Positions 50,001 through 62,000 of a stretch of 64,000 nucleotides of DNA are shown one piece after another; position 1 is the first letter of the stretch, and each line of letters begins with the position of its first letter. A model generated the notes under the pieces. It ran no database searches and was not told the origin of the DNA. It saw only the letters and a program-made list of their open reading frames with translations. Source of the stretch: Callorhinchus milii (taxonomy: Eukaryota); contig NW_024704743.1 in the NCBI RefSeq assembly GCF_018977255.1, forward strand, positions 50,532,001-50,596,000, read 5' to 3'. Made by a program: the position numbers and the translations under genes.

Positions 50001-53000
50001 CCAGGAAGTCTCACACCAACAAATGCAGGTATAACCGAAGATTCAAGTCCATTAAAAGAATGACACTTTTTTTGGTCAACCGAGTGCTAGACATGTGTGG
50101 AAATGCATCACCGTGCCACGAATATGCAAACCCGACTGAGAGCCGCATATATGTGTGCCATCTACGCATGGAAATTTCCTCGTGTCTGGAATGGACACCA
50201 GCAAATGCAAGAATAACCAAAGGCTCAAGTGCATTAAATGGGTTAATATATTAGAAGCAACTGCTTAATGAAGATGAAGAGAATCCCTTGACTGACAAGC
50301 TGATGAAAGTACAATACAATTTACACTTATACACTGCCTTTCGCCTATTGAGGATGTCTGAAATCTAATACCTAGGTGAGTGGGTATCCGAGCCCAGGGT
50401 GGGGGAAGATGGCCAAAAGCACAAAGTAAATCTTGATGAGGGATTTGAAAGTGGGGATGGAGTTCTATATAACGAGTACAGTGATAACAGTAAAATAATG
50501 GTTGATTTACATAAAACAAATTCTAAATACCCCCCAAAAAAGATTAACAAGACAAACATTTCAAATCAGTGACATGTTCTCTGTTAAAACATGGCGATAC
50601 TTTTAAGAAAATGTCAAAGTGTGTAGAGCCAACTGTAAACAATAAATCCCATTTATACTCACATTATATTGTATTGTTGAAAGGAAAATTAAATACCTGG
50701 AATCACAGAGCTCTTTTGTTTTTTTTTAATTAGTTTCTTTGCTCAAAGTAAACTTTAATTTAAATGTTTTGGGGGGGCGCGGGGAACTCAATTAGAATTC
50801 CCATCAGTTAAAAGGACCTGTATATTTATTTTCCAATTAAAATATTTTTCTACAGAAATGCTGTTGAACATGCTCCCACCTCAATCTGGTATGACCCACA
50901 GAACTGCACTGCTATCTGAGACATACTGTTGTCTGTGATTCATGGTGACGGAAGTCAATTACACAGGTGTAGACAGGTGCATTCCCTCAAGGTGCTTACA
51001 CAACCTGTGAAAAACAATTATACACTGGAGTGGGAACCACTCTCAGGTTTACCTCCTACTGTGTGTATTTGACTTTCATCTCGTCTTCTTTAGCTTGAAA
51101 TTCTTGACCTACTTCAATCAATCACATTCCCATTTGACTGGACAAAGTATTTGCTTTGTGGAGACATCACCTGATTATGATTGATAGGCCCTGCCCCCTC
51201 CAGTTATTTAAAGTGATTTACACAGTAGAAATTAAGTTGTGCCTGAAAGAACCTTTCTTCTTATCATTTAGTAATTAAGGAACTGCTTCCTACAATATAC
51301 ATCCCTCCCCCACAGAAACAAATCAGCTCTATTCAAGGTTGCTCTGAGATGCTTAGCCTAGCCCAGTTGGGTAGATCTTGAACTCACAAACTAGGTGAAA
51401 ACTCCAGTGCAGTGTTTGGGGAGTGTTGCATTGTCAGAGGTGTTGTACTTTTGACTAAAACATCAAACCAATATCCTGCCTGTTTGTTCAGATGGACTTT
51501 GAATCTATGACTATTCAAAATGTGAAGGGAGTTTCTCCTGGTGTCCTGGCCAACAATCCCCCTGGATAAATTGGTCATTTGTTTCATGGCTAATTGTGGG
51601 ACATTAATAATAATAATAATAATCCTTGCATTTGATATAGCGCTTTTCACGTCGGGAGGACGTCCCAAAGCGCTTCACAGAACACACTGTAAAGTGAATT
51701 GACTGTATATTTGTGGGCGAATGCGGCAGCCAATTGCGCACAGCAATGTCCCACAAACAGTCGTAGATTGAAAATGACCAATTTATTATTGCTTTTTTTT
51801 GTTTTTTGACGGGATTATTATTAGGCGTGTGGAGTAAGGAAACTTGCCCAAGGTTTCGCCCTCTGCCTGGAATTGAACTCAGGTCTCTCGCTTGCAAAGC
51901 GAGTGCTCTAACAACTGAGCTACAGAACTCCACATTGTTGAGCACAAAGGAGTTACTGTGTTCACTGACAAATGTTCGTCATTACACTTAACAATAATTA
52001 ATTACCGTTAAAGTGTTTTGAGACGTTTTGATGTCATAGGTGATACATCAAATGCAAGGATTATTTTTGACATTCAAATCTATTCTTAAAATGTAAAAAA
52101 TCTGCACTCAAATAATACACACACTAGGTTTCTAAGAGTGTTAGCAACAAAAAGAGAAATGTCAACCAAATGATATGTGGGCTGCTTTGGTCTGGGCAAC
52201 CTGTGCTTCCGTGCAGGATATCTGCCAAGTCCTGAAATGCTAACTTGATGCCAAAAGCCTGGTGACACCAAAATTTAAAGTAAAGTTGCTGTAAAGGAAA
52301 AAAAATCTATTTTCCCCCAATCACTTCGGGCTATTAAGAATTTTTATTCCAGGAAAGAAAACCTAATATCAATCTCAATGAACCACCCCTAATTTAGCTC
52401 TGTACACCATCCCAGCTCCGTATCCCGCACGGGCCCTATCCTATCCCTTTCCAGTTTCAAACTTGGCAAAAGGATGCAAACCCTAACCATGACTTGTTGA
52501 TAAAAATATTAAGATGTAGTAATTGATGTTCCCACCAGCAGTATGTTTTGTGACATGCTATTTGAGGGGACACCTGAAATTTTGAGTGCAGTAATAATAA
52601 AAAAAATCCTTGCATTTAAATAGCACCTTATCGCGTCGTTGAGACGTCGCAAAGTGCTTCACAGAATATACTGTAAAGTACATTGATAGACTGTGTATTT
52701 TGCAGTAGTTCTGGCATCAGTGACATTTCTACTCCTAACCCCCTACCAACTGCCTGCTCCTTCCACTCAGCGGACTTCAGCCTGCTTCACGTCCCCCGCC
52801 TCACTATTGGCAGGCAGGCCTTCTGCCACTCTGCCCCCACCCTCTGGAACTCCATCTTGCAGTCCCTCCGCCTCTTCCCTTGCCTGCTTTAAGACCCATC
52901 TCAAGACCCTCTTCTTCGACTGTGCTTTCGATCACCCTGCTTCCCCCCTGCCCTCCACCCTCTCCAATCTCAACCCCCAGCTCGGGTCTGAAACATTGAC

Positions 53001-56000
53001 TGTCCAGCGCCTTGGGAAGTCCTCCCGACGTGAAAGGCACTTTACAAATGTAATTTAGTTTTTGTTCTATGTCAGGTGCAAAAGCTACATTATTTCCCAT
53101 TATAGCAGTGTGTCCATAGGATTTTAAAAAACATTAAAATCCATTTTGTGGATAAATTTATTCCTGGTAATGGGACTGCACTAATTCTGTGATTGCAATG
53201 CCTCCAAGGCATATTTCAAACTCAGTTCCTCACCAAAGAGGCTTATGTTATGAGATAATTTGTGCTTATGATAATGTTGCTAAGATGGGTGCCATCAGAA
53301 ACGTACAGAAATTATATTAATCCATAAACAGCAAACTTAGTCTTGCACAAATTCCTTTAACATTAAAATATAATTGACAGTACATTTATATTGTGCTTTT
53401 CACATCAGGAGGATGTTTCAAAGAGTTTGACACTGCTGGCTGGACACACGAGCGGGTAGGGAGGAGAAAGATGACCGAAAGCACGACCAAAGAGGTATGT
53501 CTTGAGGCTAACCTTGAATGAGGGAGTGAGCGAATATAATCTTTAAACACAAGAATTTACCAATGGTACCCATTTGCGTCATTTAAAATGCATACCAGCT
53601 TGTTATGGGAAAAAACATTCCTCAGAAGGTTTATAATAATAGAAATGGTCATCACCAATTTAAAAATGCCTATATTTGTTGTGTTCCTTTCTCCGGTCTT
53701 GGTATACTATTTGGACGTATAAGATATCAGATGTACTTTGCCTATTAGTACCAACATAGAAAACCAGGAACAGAGGGAGGCCATTCAGCACTCTGAGCCT
53801 TTTCCACCAGTGTATTTTGTCAATCTGGTCAGACCTTTTAGTCCCAATGAACTCCAATACTAATCCCTTTGCACAGTAATTGTAGCAGATTAGATGTAGT
53901 TGCCCTGTAAATTCATCCAAATTATTTTATGTCAAAGTAAGGCCACATATTTAAATGTTATTGCTTAAATCTGCTATTTGAGACTTTCCTTTTCATTTTT
54001 CCATCTGCCACTATATAGCTCTATGTTATTGTCAAAACCTGCAGTTATTGCCCAAACTCAGTTTACCTGGGATGCTTAGAAAGACCTGGTATTTTTATAG
54101 TACTTTATACATAAAAACTTCACAAGCAATTACTGACAAGTGTTGTGACTGCGTCTGTAACAACAATAACCAATTGCATTTATATAGCCCATTTCATGTC
54201 AAGATAATGTTCCAAGGTGCTTAGGTAAATAGAGCAGCTGTTGTGTGCACCAGCAATGTTCCACAAACAACCAATGAGCAATTTATCTGAAGAACCGTTG
54301 AATACAGAAACTCCATTTTTTTTCTGAAGAATGTCATTGGGATATTTAATGTCTGCTTGAATTGGCAGAAGGCACCTCAGTTTAATATCTCATCCAAACG
54401 ATGGCAACTGCAACAGTGCAGGGCTCCCTCAGTACTGTGGAGTCCTGTAGCTCAGTGGTTAGAGCACTCGCTTTGCAAGCGAGAGACCTGAGTTCAATTC
54501 CAGGCAGGGCGAAACCTTGGGCAAGTTTCCTTACTCCACACGCCTAATAATAATCCCTCCAAAACCAAAAACAATAATAAATTGGTCATTTTCAATCTAC
54601 GACTGTTTGTAGGACATTGCTGTGCGCAATTGGCTGCCGCGTTCGCCCACAAATATACAGTCAATTCACTTTACAGTGTGTTCTGTAAAGCGCTTTGGGA
54701 CGTCCTCCCGACGTGAAAAGCGCTATATCAAATGCAAGGATTATTATTACTGCACTGGAGTATCATCCAGTGCCTGAGCTCAAATCCTGATGTGAAGCCT
54801 GAACCCACAACTTTCCAATCAACTGCCAAGAATTCCACCAAACGAGGAAGACTGACAGAGAGATGAAGACTTTCATCCTATTAGTGGTGGCTGGATTCAT
54901 ACTCGGGTCCCACAGTTGAATTAAAAGTTGTGTATCATAGGGTGTTGCCTTCTCACCTGCTCCATGTCTCTTCATTTCTACATTTGGAAAGTCAAATGGA
55001 GCTGTAAATAGGAACACAATAATTCTAAGACTATCACTCTTTATACTGGCAACTTGCCCAATTCTACCTCCTCTCACATCATATTCTTAGTTGTTCCTTT
55101 GCTGATGCTCACGCAATCATGTCTGCACACTTCAGAACTCTTCAGAATTCCCTGGCGGCAGGTACATTTTGCCTGGGTGCACCTGGATGAATTGCAGTTA
55201 CAGTGAATAACAAAGCCTGTCAATCATGTAGAACATTTTAATGGCTCTGCATACACTAGAGAAAGAGACAGAGAGAGACAGCGAAGCCCAACCACTCTCA
55301 ACCATCTGACTCAAACAAGTTGGGTGTTGTCTGTCTAAGGCCTATACCACTGACTCGAAACACATTGCAGGGATGTCTCTCAAAATATTTTCTCTAAGGC
55401 TTCGAACTGGTAAATCATGTACAAACCTGCCAGAATTCTGCACTTAGCTCTCTCCCCATGTGCTGGAGAGAAAGCGAATAATTCACGTGCTACAGGGGTG
55501 GTCTTAATCAATCCTTATGTTCAAACTCCACATAACCACAGGAATTCTCTTAATCTCTGGGAGTGGGGGGAAATCACTTCCAGTGAAGGATGTAGGTTTA
55601 CTTGCAGGTTTCCTTTGTCCATCCAACCAACTGAATAAAGTCTCACTTGATTAAATGCTCACCAATTGGGGGATTCCACCAGTATTTGGCTGGCAGCTCC
55701 ATTTTGGCATCACCTTGTTAGATACATTGGGGAAAGTGTGACAACTGGAGGAGATGTTATAGTGGACATCTCAGCTAAATGCTGTGAGAGAGACTCAAAA
55801 GCAGAAACCAAAGTACTGAAAGAGTCCTTCAGAAATCCATGGAAAGCACATCCTTGGTTGATTGCCACGCTCTCGTGGTTTGAAAGAGTTGCTGGTGGGA
55901 AGGGTTAGCTGCCAGATCTGATTCCAGTTGTAGTACTGATTGGCATTCTAGACATTGAGCCTCACTTAGCGCACATAACAGAATCTAAGGCAGGGTAGTG

Positions 56001-59000
56001 TTTTCAGTCTCTGCCATGCTGATTTCCTTGCAATTTGCTGCAAATTATTTGTTAAAAAAATCTTCAGTAATATCACCATATATAAAAATAATTGTGTCAC
56101 TGGGCGAAGGGCTGAGACTCAGAAACCCACCAGATAATTGGTTAAAAACGTTGAATCTTTCATAACAACATGAACTCAAAGTTTAACTCCAAATTCCACA
56201 TGCAGTATGTATTGCTGACAAGATCAGATACTGGCATGAGAGCTGGAGCCTGTAACCCAATCGCAGGGTTCAGTTGAAGTTTATAAACCGCTTACATTTC
56301 ATTCTTATGTTTAATGACATCTAAATCCCTCAATTATGCTAGAGGTTTGTTATTCAAACTGAGGAATCTATTTACACTCCATAGAATTAAAAATCATACC
56401 ATTTTCTAAAATGGTTGAAGAGGCAATTCTAATTGAAACTAGGGCATCTATACCTTTGGCAACCTCTTAGACTGGCCAGATATTTTGTAAGCAGGGTGAT
56501 TTATTATCCCCATTCAAGTGTAAAGGCAAAGGCAAAAAAAAACCTCATCAGTAAACTGAGTAATCAGGAGAGTGATATGCCTTAAAGCTGTAAATCATTA
56601 TAAATGGATTTAACACTGATCTGAGAGTTGTCCTACATCCCAGAAACTGAGAGAATTTGTTTCCCAATCCAGCAACCCTTTTCACACCTTTAAAAGGGAA
56701 ATGGATTAATATTTGAAGAGGAAGTGGACTAATATAATAACCTTTGCAACTGATAAGAGTGCTTTATCATTTTGCAAGACATCTCAAAGCGCTTTATAAG
56801 ATTTTTGTTGTGAAGTGTCATGACTGTTTTATTTGTCGGCAAATATGGCAGCCAATAGCGTACAGTAATGTCTAACAATTTGCCAAGAAATTAATTATCA
56901 ATTTTATCTGGGGGATTGTTGGCTAGGACACTGAGAAAAACTCACTGCTCTTTTCAAACAGTACCATGGGATTTTTAGCATCTAATTGAACAGGAAGAGA
57001 CAAGAACTTGGTTTAATATTTCATCTGAAAGACAAACCATCTCTCTCCCAACACAGCATTGGAGTGTCAGCTTAGATTGAGTTTCAAGTTGGAATGTGGG
57101 GCTTGATCCCACAACCTTCTGACATAGAACAGAGCGGGCTACCAATTGAGCCAATCTGACAATAAAGTATGGAGAAAAAGCAAGCGTTTGGGATGAAAGT
57201 AGATAGTTCTAAAAGATGAGCTAGCACAGTTCAGACACTGAAAGGGCCAAATGACACTCTGGGCAATGACTCCTCCTTTGTTCTAATTTCTAAGTTTCTA
57301 CGAATTCAATGTGTCAGAAAAAAAACTTGTTGTGAAAACCAGACACTGAGACAGTGTAGAGCATTCTTTTACCTTGGATTAGTGCACTGACGCTCTCTGC
57401 TTGTTACTCCTCCTCCACAGGTCCTGGAGCAAGGTAACCACATGGACCACTCTGACCAGCGACCATTGATAGGTTTTGGTCCTTCCTCCCCATACTTAAC
57501 ACACTGCCCTCGACGGCACCACTAGATCAAAACAGAGAATAATTAAGTGCTGGCTGATTAATTTTTACATGTTTAAGCAGATATAATGGTGCATCAGACA
57601 AAGGGGTTTAAAATGCAGAAGTTGCAGCATAATTCACAAACATTAAACCCTGCAGTTAACTGCACGTGCATCATGCTGACCCGTGAGAATTGTGATCCGA
57701 TTTGATTTTTGGCCACATTGGAACAGTTATCTAGAGTCTGTGTAATGCATATCCAGCTACCAACAGGGCTCAATGTTTACAAATCCTTCTGTCACTACCA
57801 TATTATTATAACCAAAGATAAGAGTGTTGATATTTATTCGGACCAACTGCTGCTAATCATTACAATTAAAATTAGCTGATAATATTTCTTACATTTGATA
57901 TAGCACCTCATCATGTCAACACGACTTCTCAAAGCATTTTCCAGGATATACTGTAAAATGATGTGGCTGTGTATATTTTGTGGGCAAACTTGTAAGCAAC
58001 TTTAACTTTTCAATATGAGGACATCATCAAACGGTTTATTTAATATGTTAATCTGAAATGATTGAATGCTACCTATTCTACTTTTAATGAATATTTAGTA
58101 TATCCATGTGATCTTTCCTGGGTTTTTGTAACAAATACTCAAGGCTTCTGTGGCATCTTGGTTTGAATGCCTAAGGAGTTTACTCACATTATTTGCCTGC
58201 AATAATGCAGCACGCTGGACTTCCCAGATCCTCTCTACATAAGTAACAAACCAGCCAGAAGTCCGCAGCCCACATCCTCTCCCACACCAGACTCCACTAA
58301 CCCCCTTCCCCCTTCCTGAGTCAATCGGCTCCCTGTCACTTGTGTGAAGCACTTTTTGAGATATCCTCCCGACATGAAATGCACAATACTATATAAATGT
58401 AAAATCGTTGTTGTTGTAATGATAAGTAAATTATTTTAGTTCCAACAATGATCTGGAATTCCCGGAATCAAAATCAATCACAATGAACTCCTGCTAGCTT
58501 AGCATAAGGATTTATTGGATATTAAATGTCTAACTCCATCACCAAGGCTGAATATATGTTTAAGTTGCTGCAGTAAGCAGACGGATTGGAGCAGGTTACC
58601 ATCCGCTTAGTAGCTATTTTAGGAAGAGTGTCACAATTGCATGAAATGACAACACATGGAGTTGCTTGCACTAGATGTACTTTATACACAATTTACTTTT
58701 TCTGTAGCTCACACCATTTGCACTCAGGTTTTGCCATTTAGTATTTTTTAATAATAATAATATTTTTCAACCTTAACGGAAACATAAACATTTACAAGGA
58801 ATAAATGCAGTGTGAAGTGTAGTATAAATGCAGTGTGAGATGCAGTATAAATGAGATGCAGTATTACCACAATATGAGATTCAATATAAATGCAATACCA
58901 GATATAACATAATAGCAACGCGAAATGTATTAGTACATATAAGTTATTTTAGCTGTCTGAGGAGATAATATGGAACACAATGAAGCAAACTTCTACTGCA

Positions 59001-62000
59001 GTTTTATTTCTCTTAGAAATCCACACATTTATCATCGTACGATGTCCAATTATCAGAAAAGGCTGTTCGCTTACATTTGGCAGCAAAAACTGAAAGTGAA
59101 TGTTTCAGGAAATGCAAGTGGAAGGTTGGCAAACCACAGTCTCCTTCCAGCTGCAATAAAAGTAAAAGCCAAAACCAACATTTATTTCTTCTCTGGCCCA
59201 CCTACGAGATGCATGAATAAGATAAAACGAGATAATCACCCTTTATGACAACTTTTTTTCATTTTTGGTGTTAGCTCAGTGGAATAAAAAAAACACTGAA
59301 CACGGTTTGAAAGTTCAACAAAAGATTTGTAAGTGCATAAGAAAACATGGAATGATAAAGGTCATTTGGCCCATCAAACTTGCTCATTCTGCAAGACCAC
59401 ACAAAGGCTACTCTATCCACAACGTCCTTCGGATGAGGTCCCATTTGCCTGTTTAGGTGGACTTTAAAGATCCCATAATAATAATAATCTTTACATTTAG
59501 TATTGCACCTTTTAAGTCAGGAGGATAATGTGCTTCACAGGATGCACTGCAAAATGGAGTGACTGGGTATATTGGTGGCAAATGCTGCAGCCAATTTGTG
59601 CACAGCAATGTCCCACGGTGTTTGTATCATGACAGCGTGGCACTCCAAAAAGGAAAGGAGTTTTCCCACAATCCCCCAAATCAAATTGGTCATTCATTTC
59701 ATGGCTATTTGTGGGACACCGCTGTAAACACCTCTGTAGCGTTTGCCTACGAACCACCAAGTCACTTCACTTAACAGTAAATCATGGAAAGTGCTTTGAG
59801 ATGTTCTCCTAAAGTCAAGGGAGCAATACCAAATGCGAGGATTATTATTATGACTCTCTCTCTGCATTCAGAAATCTCCTAACAACAAATTTCAGGGCTG
59901 TGGCTTTGGTCAATATCATTGAATCTCTTATTTCCCTTCTCAGTGTTCACCATCGTATTTGTCAAACACTGAGATATTCTATAAAGCAAAAGGTTCTACA
60001 TTTTTATTGTAGTGGTAGAAATCAATGGATTTCTGAACCAGCAGTTAAAACATTTCCAAACTTACTTAGTCTCATGCACATGTCATATTCTGATAAGCAG
60101 TCAATAAGTACTTGGCTTTACAAAGTGCTTAAACGTTAACTGTTGTAGATGGTTTGTTTTTTATATGTAAATTTCCACACATTTTGAAAAATTTGATGTC
60201 AAAATTATCATTACAGCTTTTGGATACAATTGTCATGTCACTTTAAAATTACAATCCTATTGCTCTCTATGAATTCTCACACATGTTAGATATGAACTGA
60301 CATTTGCTTTCTTCTGACAGGTATTAAAGGTCTCAAGTAAAGTGCATTTGTTCACCGGCAACACCACAATGTAAACCTGCATTATCCCTCTTCTAACCAT
60401 GGAGATTAAACCAGAAAGTGTGGATGAAAATAAAGCCATTAGGCCCATCAAACCGCAATCTCCATAGACACAAAATCTGTTCTGTTGACGAACTTCACCC
60501 CAGCCAGGTTAGTTCCTGGGGAAGCTCAACATAATTCTCCCTGGATAGCAAATACGATCAAAGAAAAACTCCAAAAAATTCTTCCATATGTTTCGGCATA
60601 AACAGCCGATCCACATTAAATGACTACATCATTACATCAACGCTCATGAAAACGCAGTGTGTGGTCACAAGCCAGGGACCAGAGGACTGAAAATACACAC
60701 AGTTCTAACCTTAAGGCTATTTTTCTAAAATTTCAGATTTTGTGCAATTATGGCAAATTCTTAAATTCAGTCTGAATTTGGTGCCGTTTTTCTGATTAGT
60801 ATTATAAAGCCTAAAGTTATTATAAAGCCAATTGTCAGAGCCCCTCTACCTTTGAAAAACCCAACACTGACTAGGTATTGCTACACATTCACTAGTACAT
60901 GAGGTCAGCTCCCAGATCAATGTATATTGATAAGATTTTGGATAATGATGGACATTACCCTCAGCTACACGGTATTTATTACTGTGTGTGTGGTAGTGAT
61001 TGTACCACAATCCACGATTGTAGTGATTGTATTTCCTACTGCAAATTTCACTATCACCATTTAAGAAACAAAGAAAAGACCAACTATTCTGATCTGTATT
61101 GCACTATGTATAATGCACAGCTTGTTGTGAACCACTTCTGGTTGTGATTAATCTGCGTGGGCGTTATTATACTTCCTTCTTATGCAATAGAGCTTTGCAT
61201 TCCAGCAAGACGTACTTGACCAGAAATGTAGGAGGAACTTTATAACCAAGAACTGTTTCATATTGCTGAGCAGGAAAATTCCTCTAGACTTCTTTGAAGA
61301 AAACATTTCAATTACACTGGCAGCTACAAAAGGCAAACAAAACCTTATTGATCAGACAGGTTTCTTACAGCCCACATAATAAATGTACTTACAAAACCTC
61401 CATTTCAAGAAGTACGGTTGAATGAATATTGAAGAGAGTGAGATGTTATCTTACCCTGTCAAAGCCACAAACAGTCCCCTCGGCAGCTGGCATGAACTTC
61501 GTCTCACATCTTCTGCCAATGCGATGGCACCAAAGTGCTTTACAAATGTCCTAAGACAGAAAAAGAATTCAGTAACTAAGTTTGAGAATAAATCATTTTA
61601 AATTCAGATCTGCGGTTTAGTTTATGTTGCCTGTTTCTTGTTAAGCAGCGACACTATTTTAGCAACACAACCAATTTCAAGCAGGGATTTGTGCCATGAT
61701 AAAAATTACTTCATATACATAATCAAGGTCCCATCTGCCTGTTCAGGGAGATGTTAAAGATCCTATAGCACTATTCGAAAAGAGAAGGGAGTTTCTCCCA
61801 GTGTCCTAGCTAACAATCCTATAAATAAAAAAACTTGTCACTTCATGGCTCTTTGTGGGACACAGCAAATTGGCTGCAGAGTTCGCTTGCAAATATAGTC
61901 ACTACTCTTCACAGAAAACTTTGTGAAGCACTGCGAGACATTTTGACATGGGCAACAGAATGTTGGAATCGAGCCAACCCTCTGTGGAGGTCTCCGGAGT

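Noticed and set aside
54438..54515. tRNA-Ala(TGC)-like sequence, also present in the other SINE heads
   Set aside because: It lacks a proper acceptor stem and poly-T terminator, and always continues into the SINE body and tail. It is a SINE head, not a tRNA gene.
58801..58900. Repeat-spacer-like pattern
   Set aside because: A degenerate minisatellite without unique spacers, in eukaryotic DNA; not CRISPR.
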